A stretch of 64,000 nucleotides of DNA, from IMG/VR virus record IMGVR_UViG_3300044637_000586, positions 2,834 through 66,833 of that record. One strand, written 5' to 3'. The stretch is from a virus. This document shows, piece by piece, positions 1 through 9,400 of the stretch (positions are counted from its first letter, which is position 1; every line of letters starts with the position of its first letter). The position numbers and the translations under genes are program-made. The notes under the pieces were generated by a model. That model was not told the DNA's origin. It ran no database searches and saw only the letters and a list, made by a program, of their open reading frames with translations.

Positions 1-1
1 A

Positions 2-244
2 TTCCCTGATACAGCAATCTGCTATGAGGACGTCCTGATGCAGATACTCAGGCAAGGTCATCAACTCAACCTCATGGATCTTGAGGGTGATGAATCAAAG
101 AGCATAACCCTGCAAGACGTTCATGAGCGGGTGCAGGAAACTGATATGCGCCACCTGATGGATGCCATCAATGAGACTGGAGACGCAATAACAGGAGACG
201 TCATCCTGCAACAAGTATTCTTTCAAGAAGTAATTTTCGGTTAA
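2..244 (+). CDS. hypothetical protein, 5'-truncated by the window
   Basis: Frame is open from the window edge to TAA at 242-244. Confidence 0.6.
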   Translation, partial: FPDTAICYEDVLMQILRQGHQLNLMDLEGDESKSITLQDVHERVQETDMRHLMDAINETGDAITGDVILQQVFFQEVIFG

Positions 245-263
245 ACCATAAAACAATAACAAG

Positions 264-755
264 ATGCCAAACTGGTGTTACAACTTTGTCACCGCCACTG
301 GAAGTGCCGATGACATAAAAGCTTTCAAAGAAGTAGTTCAACGCGAAAGAGAATTGGCTCAGTCCCTCGGAAGAGGGCTTGGCCTATCGCTATCTGATGA
401 TGAAATAGAAGATGGATTCTTCTTTAGCGTAGAACTAAGCGATGAAACCCCTAACTCAATTAACTTTTCCTATGAAACCCGGTGGGCTCCAAACCTGCTC
501 GACTTGGCCAAGGTATGCAAGAAGTTCGGGCTTGAGGCTGAATGCGAGTACAACGAGGGCGGGATGCAGATCTTCGGCACGGCCAAGATTGATGCAGAAG
601 GCAGTATCGACGACGACCAAATTCCTCAGGAGTTTCTGGAGTTGATTGAGTACAACGAGGACACTTGTGTTTACACCTACGATGGCGAGGAGTACGAGTG
701 CTGTGAAGACGCAATAGAAGATGGCTACAAAAAATGGAAACAACAAAACTTTTAA
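264..755 (+). CDS. YubB/DUF1281-like ferredoxin-fold phage protein
   Basis: N-terminal MPNWCYN and FSYETRWAP motifs typical of this family. Confidence 0.65.
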   Translation: MPNWCYNFVTATGSADDIKAFKEVVQRERELAQSLGRGLGLSLSDDEIEDGFFFSVELSDETPNSINFSYETRWAPNLLDLAKVCKKFGLEAECEYNEGGMQIFGTAKIDAEGSIDDDQIPQEFLELIEYNEDTCVYTYDGEEYECCEDAIEDGYKKWKQQNF

Positions 756-758
756 CCT

Positions 759-986
759 ATGGAAGAGTACATTGAAGAAATCATGCAGTCCCTAGTGGGC
801 AAGAAAATCACCTTCATGCGTTACATGAACGATGAGGAGATGGCGAAATTCGGATGGTCGAAGCGACCTATAATGATCCTGATTGAGGGCGGCACATTAA
901 TCATACCTCAGTCTGATGACGAGGGTAATGAAGGTGGCGCAATGATCGTAATGAACAACAAGTTTAACGTAATACCAACTTACTAA
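759..986 (+). CDS. hypothetical protein
   Basis: 75 aa, PQSDDEGNEGGA motif, TAATG coupling to next gene. Confidence 0.65.
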   Translation: MEEYIEEIMQSLVGKKITFMRYMNDEEMAKFGWSKRPIMILIEGGTLIIPQSDDEGNEGGAMIVMNNKFNVIPTY

Positions 987-1435
987 TGACAAGTAAAGAC
1001 CAAGTGCTCGACAGAGCCATCAATGACCTTCAGGTTGACATCATGAACGCTTGGAGAAGCGTAATGAAGTACGAACAGCAGTTAAGCGATATGGATATGG
1101 ACGAGGAAGACAAGAAGATATTGCGCCTGCTTATCGAGAACGAGAAGAGTAAGATAGAGACCAAATCAGCCATACTCGACAAGATAACACCTCCTGCACC
1201 GGCACATCAAGAAATTGAGGACGCTAAGGCCGTACTAAGATCGGCAGGATACCACGTTGATTCCTTGTGGCACGTAAAGGACGTAACAAACCGATTTGAG
1301 TGCGACAACGAGGAGGCATACGAACTACTCAGTGATTCACTGGAGCAGAACGTAGAAAGGACTTTTGAAATTATAGCACACCAAGCAATTTACGAACGCG
1401 AACTAAAAGAAAAGAACCATGACGCACTACTTTAA
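986..1435 (+). CDS. hypothetical protein
   Basis: 149 aa helical ORF coupled to neighbours. Confidence 0.65.
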   Translation: MTSKDQVLDRAINDLQVDIMNAWRSVMKYEQQLSDMDMDEEDKKILRLLIENEKSKIETKSAILDKITPPAPAHQEIEDAKAVLRSAGYHVDSLWHVKDVTNRFECDNEEAYELLSDSLEQNVERTFEIIAHQAIYERELKEKNHDALL

Positions 1436-1790
1436 CTACGATAGCTACAAGCTATCCAATCCTGATGATGACGGCCACTACACCGAAGATGAGAAGCCGC
1501 GCATCCAAACTGCAATGTATTTCAAGTACCAGCATCGTAATGATAAGAGGTATAACTACGGAATGATTACCACCTCGGGTCATGACGTAAGGGTATGGAA
1601 TTATGGATGCATAAGAACCATCGACGTTGATGAGATTGAAACCTATGTTGAGGACGTGAATGGCGAAATCGATAGGATCAATGCCAACTATCAGAATATG
1701 CAGTTCATAACCAAGGACGAGTTCATGAATGAGTTCGAGGATGCACGGATCAAAATCAAAAACCTTGTACATCGTGAAGCAAATTATTGA
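1419..1790 (+). CDS. hypothetical protein
   Basis: 123 aa ORF in the plus-strand gene run. Confidence 0.65.
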   Translation: MTHYFNYDSYKLSNPDDDGHYTEDEKPRIQTAMYFKYQHRNDKRYNYGMITTSGHDVRVWNYGCIRTIDVDEIETYVEDVNGEIDRINANYQNMQFITKDEFMNEFEDARIKIKNLVHREANY

Positions 1791-1838
1791 TACGATCGTG
1801 TTTCGCCTTATGATATGGTTACTTAAAGACATTGACAA

Positions 1839-2159
1839 ATGATGATAGACTACCGCGCTGGAGATGACATCGTCTGCATCCGAGACCACTCACAAGGCAT
1901 TGTCAAGAAGGGTGACGTGTTTACCGCAGTCCAACTCGCAAGGGTTGGCTGTGGTTGCGTCCTCTACGTTGACATAGGTGTTACATCTGACAGGCCGTTC
2001 ACTCGTTGTCCTGCTTGTGGAATGAACGACGAAAAGACCGACAATATATGGTGGCTTGATGCCCGTTTGTTCCGGAGACTGCTGACCCGATCCGAGGAGG
2101 AAGACCTAGCAGACGTGCTTGCTGAGGTGTTCTCTGAGGAGTTAATTAGTCTTAATTAG
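1839..2159 (+). CDS. hypothetical protein with zinc-ribbon-like CGC/CPAC motifs
   Basis: CGC...CPACG in a 106-aa ORF. Confidence 0.6.
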   Translation: MMIDYRAGDDIVCIRDHSQGIVKKGDVFTAVQLARVGCGCVLYVDIGVTSDRPFTRCPACGMNDEKTDNIWWLDARLFRRLLTRSEEEDLADVLAEVFSEELISLN

Positions 2160-2191
2160 TTAAACATTAGTTGAGAACGTATATGTTACAC

Positions 2192-2199
2192 TATATTTG
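2192..2199 (+). promoter_or_regulatory. Bacteroidota sigma-70 -7 box (TATATTTG)
   Basis: Matches TAnnTTTG, intergenic, 8 nt before ATG 2208. Confidence 0.7.
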
Positions 2200-2207
2200 C
2201 AATCTAA

Positions 2208-2423
2208 ATGACAAGGCTATTTAAAACCAAAGATGGCTATGAAGTTGTCAAACATTCGCGTGACGTTTATGCAATAATTGGAAAGCGAGTGAAGTACATC
2301 GGCAAAGTATCAGCCAACTACCAGTCAAGCGGAAGACTGCTCAAAAAAATCCCAAACGAAATCAAAACAATCTTTTTTAAACTTCAACAAAATGAATTGG
2401 AATCTCCAACAACTATGGAATGA
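2208..2423 (+). CDS. small basic hypothetical protein
   Basis: 71 aa directly after a promoter box. Confidence 0.6.
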   Translation: MTRLFKTKDGYEVVKHSRDVYAIIGKRVKYIGKVSANYQSSGRLLKKIPNEIKTIFFKLQQNELESPTTME

Positions 2424-3387
2424 ATGCGTTTATTCCCAACAACGTGCGCTAGAGCCACGAGATTATTGTTACGCGTCAGAAATCGGTCAACCCCTTGTTG
2501 ATCGCTATCTGAAGATGAAGGCTGTTACGCCTACTAACCCGCCCAACATGAGAAGCCTACGCAAGTTCGAGGCAGGCAACCTTGTGGAGTGGGTAGTACG
2601 CTACGTCCTGGAACGTGCCGGGCTGATCAACAACACTCAGGAGCGGGTGATGGTTGAGTATCCCAATATGCTCAAGGTATCAGGTCGTCTTGACTTCTTA
2701 GCGGGCGGCAAGATTGACATCGAGCGTGCCAAGCAGGATATTACATCTTCGCACCTGCCCGAATCCATCCAAGCATCCTCCCTCTACATAGCTGAAAAGC
2801 TGTATGAGAAGTTCGGTGACAAAGAACTGGAGAAGAAAGTCCTCGAGATCAAGTCGTGCTCATCCTTTGTAATGGATATGATGGAGAAGACTGAAAAGCC
2901 TATTAAACACCACCGCTTGCAGCTTTTCCACTACATGAAGGGGCTCAACCTCAATGGCGAACTGGTGTACATCTGCAAGGACGATCTGCGTATGATGTGC
3001 TTCCAATACGAGCCTAGTGCAGAGTTAGAGCAGGAATACCTGAGCGACCTTGAGAAGATAACAAATTACTTCAACACGTCTACTCGACCACCGCTTGAGA
3101 ACCACATCATCGTTGAGGACGGCAAGTTCAAGAAGAACTTCGGTATCGAGTACAGCAACTACCTCAAGTTCCTTTATGACTTTGATGAGCCCCGCGACTA
3201 CGCTGATTCAGTCAAGTCTCAGGTTGCACGCTGGACGCGTGTTGTTGCACGCTATGCCAAGGGTGATAAGATAACCGCAAAGAATGAGGAAGTACGAGTG
3301 GAGATCGAGGCCGCCGGATATAACTTTAATCAAATCGTAGAACAAGCCAAGAAGTTTGGTGTATCAGAAGAAGAAGAAGAAATCTAA
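2392..3387 (+). CDS. PD-(D/E)XK exonuclease (Cas4/YqaJ-like)
   Basis: YASEIG, SGRLDFL, LEIKS and HRLQLFHY motifs. Confidence 0.75.
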   Translation: MNWNLQQLWNECVYSQQRALEPRDYCYASEIGQPLVDRYLKMKAVTPTNPPNMRSLRKFEAGNLVEWVVRYVLERAGLINNTQERVMVEYPNMLKVSGRLDFLAGGKIDIERAKQDITSSHLPESIQASSLYIAEKLYEKFGDKELEKKVLEIKSCSSFVMDMMEKTEKPIKHHRLQLFHYMKGLNLNGELVYICKDDLRMMCFQYEPSAELEQEYLSDLEKITNYFNTSTRPPLENHIIVEDGKFKKNFGIEYSNYLKFLYDFDEPRDYADSVKSQVARWTRVVARYAKGDKITAKNEEVRVEIEAAGYNFNQIVEQAKKFGVSEEEEEI

Positions 3388-3400
3388 TAAACAAAACAAC

Positions 3401-3637
3401 ATGAAAATTCAAATTGAAAAGGGAGTATCTATTCCCAAAAACGTCACCCGTAAATCAAAGTACCCATTCCGAGAGATGGAGGTAGGGGATTCGTTCTTCA
3501 TCAAAGAAAAGGAAGACGTAAAGAAGGCGCAGCGAAAGATGGCTGCTGTCGCGCATATGTTCTGTAAGAAAAACTCTGACTATAAATTCAAGACTCAAGC
3601 CTTTGAGACTGGAGTCCGTGTATGGAGAGTAAAATGA
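3401..3637 (+). CDS. small DNA-binding-like phage protein
   Basis: IEKGVSIP...KYPFREMEVGDSFF...GVRVWR pattern; start moved to ATG 3401 after an A-rich leader. Confidence 0.65.
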   Translation: MKIQIEKGVSIPKNVTRKSKYPFREMEVGDSFFIKEKEDVKKAQRKMAAVAHMFCKKNSDYKFKTQAFETGVRVWRVK

Positions 3638-4065
3638 AACACAGCGCAGTAATTACACCACAGGGGGCATTGCGAATCTACAATCGCCCCCTCTTCGAGG
3701 AAGAAGTCAGAGCCATGTCCCGTGAAAAGGACTTGGCTGTGACCATCGAAGTCAAGTTGAAGAAACGTGTACGCTCCGACGTGCAGAACGCATACTATTG
3801 GGGCGTAGTTGTAGCTATGATAGCAGAGAGACTGCGGGAGCTCGGACACGACGTTGACCGCGATCTGACGCATGAATTTCTCAAAGGTAGATTCCTTTAT
3901 TCTGAACTGGCTGATCCTAACACCGGAGAAGTCATGAGGATACCGCGCAAAACATCTGAACTGGCAACGGAGGAGTTCATCGAGTACCTGGAGCATATAA
4001 AGCAGTTTGCAGCTGAGACGCTGGACATTTACATTCCGGATCCTAATGAGCAACTTGAAATATAG
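3634..4065 (+). CDS. NinB/YbcN-like recombination protein
   Basis: RSDVQNAYYWG and KTSEL...EFIEYLEHI motifs; ATGA coupling. Confidence 0.65.
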   Translation: MKHSAVITPQGALRIYNRPLFEEEVRAMSREKDLAVTIEVKLKKRVRSDVQNAYYWGVVVAMIAERLRELGHDVDRDLTHEFLKGRFLYSELADPNTGEVMRIPRKTSELATEEFIEYLEHIKQFAAETLDIYIPDPNEQLEI

Positions 4066-4093
4066 TAAGCTTGCAATAAACCAGCACACAAGC

Positions 4094-4101
4094 TATATTT
4101 G
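4094..4101 (+). promoter_or_regulatory. -7 box TATATTTG
   Basis: TAnnTTTG 5 nt before ATG 4107. Confidence 0.7.
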
Positions 4102-4106
4102 CGGGT

Positions 4107-4985
4107 ATGAAGAAAGTAATATGTTGGTGGAGCGGAGGCATAACGTCTGCGGTAGCTTGCAAGATAGCAATAGATATGTTCGGACTGGACAGCTGTGATA
4201 TCGTTATGATTGATACCAAGAACGAGCATCCGGATACGTATAGGTTCAAGGACGACTGCTCCAGATGGTACGGCAAGGAAATAGAAACCATCACGGAAGT
4301 TGGTGGCAAGTACGAGAGTATTCAGGACGTGTGGATGCATTTCAAGTCCCTGAACGTAGCGAGCGGGGCTATATGCTCAACCATGCTCAAGCGCAGGGTG
4401 AGGGAGAGGTATCAGAAGACAATCGAGTACGATCATCAGGTGTTCGGGTTTGAATTTGACAAGAAAGAGTTCAACAGAGCAAACTCTCTCAAGATGAATC
4501 ATCCCAAGGCCAAGGCTATTTACCCCCTGCTCATGTTTGGTTACGACAAGGATCATTGCATGAAGGCGGTTCAAGAGGCGGGTATAGAGATACCGGTCAT
4601 GTACAAGATGGGATTCAGAAACAATAACTGCTTCGGAACTGGCTGCGTACAGGGTGGCATTGGGTATTGGCAGAAGATGAAGCGGGACTTTCCCGACAAG
4701 TTTGATGCAATGGCCGAGATGGAATGGAAGCTAACTGAGATGAAAGGAGAGCCCGTGACCATGCTCAAGGATCAAGGCAAGGGCGCCAAGTCATCAGGCA
4801 ACGTGCTTGTATTCCTCAAGAAACATCCAAACTACCCACATCTAAAATGTCTTGATGACATTGAAGGCAAGGAGGTGGAGCCGCTGTTTGAATGTAACGG
4901 ATTCTGCGGAACCAACGACCTAAACGAGAGGCCAAATACAGAACAAGAAATTAATTACGGACTATTTTCAAACGAAAACTTATGA
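4107..4985 (+). CDS. PAPS reductase-like adenine-nucleotide alpha-hydrolase
   Basis: PP-loop-like WWSGGITSA; Cys motifs ICSTMLKR, NNNCFGTGC, ECNGFCG. Confidence 0.75.
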   Translation: MKKVICWWSGGITSAVACKIAIDMFGLDSCDIVMIDTKNEHPDTYRFKDDCSRWYGKEIETITEVGGKYESIQDVWMHFKSLNVASGAICSTMLKRRVRERYQKTIEYDHQVFGFEFDKKEFNRANSLKMNHPKAKAIYPLLMFGYDKDHCMKAVQEAGIEIPVMYKMGFRNNNCFGTGCVQGGIGYWQKMKRDFPDKFDAMAEMEWKLTEMKGEPVTMLKDQGKGAKSSGNVLVFLKKHPNYPHLKCLDDIEGKEVEPLFECNGFCGTNDLNERPNTEQEINYGLFSNENL

Positions 4986-5176
4986 CAATAAAAAAACAAA
5001 CAGCAGTAGAGTGGTTAGTAGAAAAATACGAACTGGTTGGTATGCTTACACCGCCTATGATTGAACGAGCCAAAGCAATGGAGAAGGAGCAGACGATGGA
5101 ATTTGCCCTGAGGTTCCTGATGCAGGACAGACCAGTTGTATCGTTTTACAACGAAACATACGGAGGTGACAAATGA
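4982..5176 (+). CDS. hypothetical protein (KQTAVEWL family)
   Basis: KQTAVEWL...AKAMEKEQ...FYNETY pattern; ATGA coupling. Confidence 0.65.
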   Translation: MTIKKQTAVEWLVEKYELVGMLTPPMIERAKAMEKEQTMEFALRFLMQDRPVVSFYNETYGGDK

Positions 5177-5268
5177 TAGCAGCAATAATAGTATCGATCC
5201 CTTTGTGGATTATCGCACTCGCGTTGCGAGACCTGTTTAACCAAATAAAAAAAATGAGCAATGAGTAA
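5173..5268 (+). CDS. 31-aa membrane micro-protein (not in ORF track)
   Basis: MIAAIIVSIPLWIIALALRDLFNQIKKMSNE; ATGA overlap; fills the gap between genes. Confidence 0.5.
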   Translation: MIAAIIVSIPLWIIALALRDLFNQIKKMSNE

Positions 5269-5473
5269 GCAATTAAAAATAATTACAGGCTTGATCCTGT
5301 CAGCGGTGTTCGCCTATTTGGTGGCCGCATTTATTCTCGCAGAACTTGATTTCAGGCTGTGGTCTGTCGATGGCCGTGCTGGGTTATTCTTAGCTTGGAT
5401 CACGTTTGCCATCTTCACGATGATTTACATTTTTTTTAACGATGAAATGGATAGACATGAAAGCAATACTTGA
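5261..5473 (+). CDS. small two-TM membrane protein
   Basis: Two hydrophobic segments in 70 aa. Confidence 0.6.
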   Translation: MSKQLKIITGLILSAVFAYLVAAFILAELDFRLWSVDGRAGLFLAWITFAIFTMIYIFFNDEMDRHESNT

Positions 5474-5672
5474 GTTCAATCTTCCGGATGATCAGGACAC
5501 ATTCGACCTGCACGTCACCGCCTACGACATGAGGCGTTCACTTATAGAAATTAAGGACTACCTCAGAGCCAAAGCGAAATACGAAACAGAGGAAGAGATT
5601 AGGTGGGAAGCATACAACGAGGTGTACGAACATTTTTTTGAAATACTAAACGATAACAACATCAAACTATGA
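5457..5672 (+). CDS. hypothetical protein (MKAILEFNLP family)
   Basis: Familiar phage N-terminus MKAILEFNLPDD; start moved to 5457. Confidence 0.65.
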   Translation: MKAILEFNLPDDQDTFDLHVTAYDMRRSLIEIKDYLRAKAKYETEEEIRWEAYNEVYEHFFEILNDNNIKL

Positions 5673-5944
5673 TTAAAATTTCAGACAAGCCATCCAAGAA
5701 GGTGGAACATTTTACGGGAACGATAACAATGGCGTTTCCAGGCATCGAAAACAAGATTTGGAACTTCACGGTCTTGCGTACCACGAACGGATCAACTACC
5801 TTTGCTGTACAGGCAGACCATGAGCAGTTCAACCAACACTTTGACGAACCAGGAGAGACAGACTACTTCAAGGCGATGCTTGAAGAGACCGTCAAGGCGA
5901 ACCTGGCTAAAGAACAGGCAGAGTGGAAGCCTACCGATAAATAA
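5669..5944 (+). CDS. hypothetical protein
   Basis: 91 aa, ATGA coupling. Confidence 0.6.
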   Translation: MIKISDKPSKKVEHFTGTITMAFPGIENKIWNFTVLRTTNGSTTFAVQADHEQFNQHFDEPGETDYFKAMLEETVKANLAKEQAEWKPTDK

Positions 5945-5952
5945 CACAGCCC

Positions 5953-6492
5953 ATGAAGGAGAGGAGTAAGAAGTGCCGGATCTGTAAACAGGAGTTTATT
6001 CCCAAGTACAGCACCATGCAGGCAACGTGTGAGAACATCGAGTGCATGATCGCTTATTCCTCTAAGCAGAAGGACAAGAAGGTTAAACGTGAACTGAAGG
6101 AGGTCAAGGAGCGAAACAAGTCTGTGTCCCAATGGCGCAAGGAATTACAACAGGTGTTCAACCAATACATCCGGCTAAGAGACCAAGGCAAGGGGTGCAT
6201 ATCCTGCGGCAAGCAGTTGCAGGGTAAGTATGATGCAGGCCATTTTTATTCCGTAGGATCCTACCCTAACCTACGCTTTCACGAGTCGAATGTTTTCGGA
6301 CAGTGTGTGGGCTGCAACCAGCACAAACATGGCAACCTCCTTGAGTACGCCATAGGCATCGAGAGGCGCATCGGCAAGACTAAACTGGAGGAACTGAAGT
6401 CACTCCGGAACGACCGGCTAAGCCTGCCGCTTGACAAGATAAAGGAGTTGATATACTACTACAAGGACAAAGTAAAGGAGATAAAAAAATGA
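5953..6492 (+). CDS. ninG: NinG/Rap-family recombination endonuclease
   Basis: CRIC...C..C, FNQYIRLRD, CISCG, DAGHF, LRFHESN..GQCVGCN motifs. Confidence 0.85.
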   Translation: MKERSKKCRICKQEFIPKYSTMQATCENIECMIAYSSKQKDKKVKRELKEVKERNKSVSQWRKELQQVFNQYIRLRDQGKGCISCGKQLQGKYDAGHFYSVGSYPNLRFHESNVFGQCVGCNQHKHGNLLEYAIGIERRIGKTKLEELKSLRNDRLSLPLDKIKELIYYYKDKVKEIKK

Positions 6493-6539
6493 TTGAATCA
6501 CCAACTTGGGAAGACCTAGGATACGCTAATTTTGAATGA
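6489..6539 (+). CDS. 16-aa micro-ORF MIESPTWEDLGYANFE
   Basis: ATGA overlap with ninG stop and ATGA overlap with the next start. Confidence 0.4.
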   Translation: MIESPTWEDLGYANFE

Positions 6540-6937
6540 TGGACAAGACTAAAAACATCTACACGCTAATCATCCTCGGCCTGTCCGTGGTAATCCTGTG
6601 CGGGATATTCTTCATGGTGTTCCACCTTGGAGGACTGGAGAAGAGTTCCGAGCACGACAGCATCGCCATTGACCGGCTGCACGAGATCAATGAGAAGTAC
6701 ATCGAACAGATGGACTCAAACCTCATGGTTGTAACGCAGACCAAGGCAGCCCTTGACTCGTTCATGGTGCAAGACCAGCAGCAGTTCCTGCTTGAACAGG
6801 AGCGCATAGACAAGGCACAAAAAATTGTTTCACGAATACCAAAAATGTCCAATGACTCGCTTAAAACACTTTACGTTAACTCTTGGAACTATCTTCTTAA
6901 CGAGTATCGTAGCGGGCGTTTACGCCCAGCCAACTAG
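6536..6937 (+). CDS. putative inner-membrane spanin (Rz-like)
   Basis: N-terminal TM helix then coiled coil; overlapped by the next secreted gene. Confidence 0.5.
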   Translation: MMDKTKNIYTLIILGLSVVILCGIFFMVFHLGGLEKSSEHDSIAIDRLHEINEKYIEQMDSNLMVVTQTKAALDSFMVQDQQQFLLEQERIDKAQKIVSRIPKMSNDSLKTLYVNSWNYLLNEYRSGRLRPAN

Positions 6938-7265
6938 TCCGCAGCTGCCGCGTGAGGCACAGGAGGTAATATCCTCAGCGGCCGAGACCATCCGGCAGGA
7001 CAAGGTCACGATCGAGGCCCGATCGGAACGCATCCGGCTGATGCGGGCACAAATCGAAGCGGCTCAAATAGCCCTTGACCTAGCTATCAAGAACGGTGAC
7101 CTGTGCGAAGAGGTGCGCCAGAACCAACTTGCAGAGATACGCTTCCTCAAGTCTTCATACAACGACATGAAGTCGGAGATGAAGAAGGAGCGTAGAAGAA
7201 AGATATTTTGGAAATGTGCAACGATTGTCCTGGGTGGGACGTCGTTGTATCTGTTGTTGTTATAG
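6852..7265 (+). CDS. putative spanin partner: signal peptide, coiled coil, C-terminal TM
   Basis: MTRLKHFTLTLGTIFLTSIVAGVYA-Q signal; C-terminal RRRKIFWKCATIVLGGTSLYLLLL. Confidence 0.5.
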   Translation: MTRLKHFTLTLGTIFLTSIVAGVYAQPTSPQLPREAQEVISSAAETIRQDKVTIEARSERIRLMRAQIEAAQIALDLAIKNGDLCEEVRQNQLAEIRFLKSSYNDMKSEMKKERRRKIFWKCATIVLGGTSLYLLLL

Positions 7266-7288
7266 TTGTTATTGTTTATTGTTAAAAG

Positions 7289-7321
7289 AAAAAGGGAGGC
7301 CAATCGTGACCTCCCTTTTTT
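7289..7321. terminator. bidirectional intrinsic terminator at convergent junction
   Basis: AAAAAGGGAGG-loop-CCTCCCTTTTTT. Confidence 0.8.
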
Positions 7322-7338
7322 GACTTATAAACTTTAAA

Positions 7339-9387
7339 CTATCGAACCACAAGCACGCTTGCTTCGTTGTTTGAAGGGTTGCTATCAGGCAATCCATTCA
7401 CCTCAGTGATACGAACTCTCCAAGTATTTGGAAGTGTACCTTGAGTTGACGTAGGCCATACGGTTCCCATACCCACAGAACGTCCCGGCATGATGCGCTC
7501 TGGACGACTCCAGTTGCTTTGATACTGACCATCGAAACCGGACACTCCCTTGTAGGAGGTGATGACTGATGTCCCCTTGTTTGTAACGCGGTAAGATACA
7601 CGAACTCGGTTAGCATCAAGCCACTCGTATCCTGTAATCTTAACTTCTATATCCAAGGTTTGATCCGGAGGAGTTGGGGTTGTTACCGTGATTGAAGTAA
7701 GGGCGATGTTATCGTTCTCATTTGACTCATTGATTGCGTTTGCAGGATCAATAGTCAGGATGAACTGAGACAGGCCGCTGAGGTTGTTTGGAACGGTGTA
7801 AGGGATCGTAGCTGTAACCGAAGTCTGACCCTTTGGAACGGTCACGGTTCCGGTGTAGAAGTTAAGGATTGCTCCTGCTGGGTTCTTGAATGAAATTACT
7901 ACAGGGGCAAGCAAGTCTGCCGTAATAGGCTTATCAATCATCACAGAGTAAGACACGTTAGCAATAGATCCGGCCTCCGCAGTAGCAGGAGAACTGATCA
8001 CACCATATACATTGACCAAGGTCGGCGTAGGCGGAGGAGGAGTAACGCCACCCGCAAGAGATACCGCCGTGTTAGCGTCGATAATACCAAAGCCAAGCTC
8101 GGCTGACTTGCCGTTGGCGTCGTAGGTATAACCACCAATCTTCCGACATGAGTTCTTGAGGATGTCACGAACCTGCGCCTCTGTAAGCTCTGGGTTCTTT
8201 ACAAGCACCATACCTGCAACAGCAGCCATAGCAGGGCATGAAGCAGACGTACCGCTAAACCCCTTGTATGCCTCTGGGCCGTATCCAACAGCGCCTGTAC
8301 GGTCTGTCGTGTACAACGAAGTACCCGGAGCGGCAGCAAACAGCTTAGGGCCGTAGTTGCTGAATCCTGCGCGGGTGTTGTTTTGCGTACTAGCGCCTAC
8401 AGCCATTACCGACGGGTAAGACGCAGGGAGCTGAGTGAAGTCAGACTGGTATCCGTTTCCAGAGGAAGCAAAGAGTGGAATACCCTTTCCGTTACGGGCG
8501 GTGGTACGAGCGGCGGTCAAGGCGTTGGCGAACACTGGATACCCAGACCCCGTGCTGCCCCAAGACATTGACATGGCCACGCAGTTGGGGTTCTCGATGG
8601 CCTTGTTGACAGCGCGTGTCAAAATTGTATCTGATGTTCTGAAACCACCACCTGACGTGCTACCGAAACCGATGTGCAGGAATTGAACCTTTACAGCATT
8701 GTTTCCGATAGACTTACAGCCGATGTCGTTACCTGTGTTGGCCGCGATCACACCGGAGCAAGACGTTCCGTGGTTCTCAAAGTCAGACACTGGGTTCACA
8801 TCTGCTGCATCTGTCACGCAGTTCCATGAAGATGGGCTGATAGAACCCTGCAAGTCCTCGTGGGTTGTCTCGCAGGCGATGTCTAGGACCGCTACCTCTT
8901 TAACTACACCGGCAGGGAGTTGCGCCCATGCCTCCTGGCACTTCATGTCGGGCAAATGCCAGTGGCCAGAGTAGGCCATCTCCGCGTGTTCGGCCATGGG
9001 TACGATGTAGTCCGGCTCCACGCTAACGAACAGGGCTGTAGACATGATGCTGCCGTAGAATGAATCGAAGCTAACGAAGTCCGGAACCTCAACAAAGAAT
9101 GTCTTGGTTGACTCAAACGAGTCGTTTACCACAATCATGTTGGCCTCAAGGTACTTCTTACCCTCCGCATAGCTCTTAGCTATCACGATAGCAAGACCAG
9201 ACTCAACATGGTCAAGGGACTCCTCAACGCTGTTGGACTGGGATACCTTGGCAGGATCCGGAGTTACCGGCTGCTCGTCACGGAAGACGATGATGCTGAA
9301 CGGCTCGAACACCTGCACCACGTTGGCCTTGGTTTTGTTTTTCTCAAAGGACGCCTTGTCCTTGAACTTAACTGATTTTAAACTCAT
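7339..9387 (-). CDS. S8 subtilisin-like serine protease with C-terminal CARDB/Ig-like domains
   Basis: Triad motifs VAVLD, HGTSCSG, GTSASCP; ASSGN oxyanion motif; IDPANAINESNENDN CARDB motif; start moved to MSLKSV. Confidence 0.9.
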   Translation of the reverse strand: MSLKSVKFKDKASFEKNKTKANVVQVFEPFSIIVFRDEQPVTPDPAKVSQSNSVEESLDHVESGLAIVIAKSYAEGKKYLEANMIVVNDSFESTKTFFVEVPDFVSFDSFYGSIMSTALFVSVEPDYIVPMAEHAEMAYSGHWHLPDMKCQEAWAQLPAGVVKEVAVLDIACETTHEDLQGSISPSSWNCVTDAADVNPVSDFENHGTSCSGVIAANTGNDIGCKSIGNNAVKVQFLHIGFGSTSGGGFRTSDTILTRAVNKAIENPNCVAMSMSWGSTGSGYPVFANALTAARTTARNGKGIPLFASSGNGYQSDFTQLPASYPSVMAVGASTQNNTRAGFSNYGPKLFAAAPGTSLYTTDRTGAVGYGPEAYKGFSGTSASCPAMAAVAGMVLVKNPELTEAQVRDILKNSCRKIGGYTYDANGKSAELGFGIIDANTAVSLAGGVTPPPPTPTLVNVYGVISSPATAEAGSIANVSYSVMIDKPITADLLAPVVISFKNPAGAILNFYTGTVTVPKGQTSVTATIPYTVPNNLSGLSQFILTIDPANAINESNENDNIALTSITVTTPTPPDQTLDIEVKITGYEWLDANRVRVSYRVTNKGTSVITSYKGVSGFDGQYQSNWSRPERIMPGRSVGMGTVWPTSTQGTLPNTWRVRITEVNGLPDSNPSNNEASVLVVR

Positions 9388-9400
9388 TGGTTTTATTGAT

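Noticed and set aside
2392-3387. Cas4-like nuclease as evidence of a CRISPR system
   Set aside because: No array or other cas genes; solo PD-(D/E)XK nucleases are routine in phage recombination modules.
7261-7290. GT-rich stretch before the terminator as a third sRNA
   Set aside because: No proper TAnnTTTG box; explicable as a short 3' UTR.
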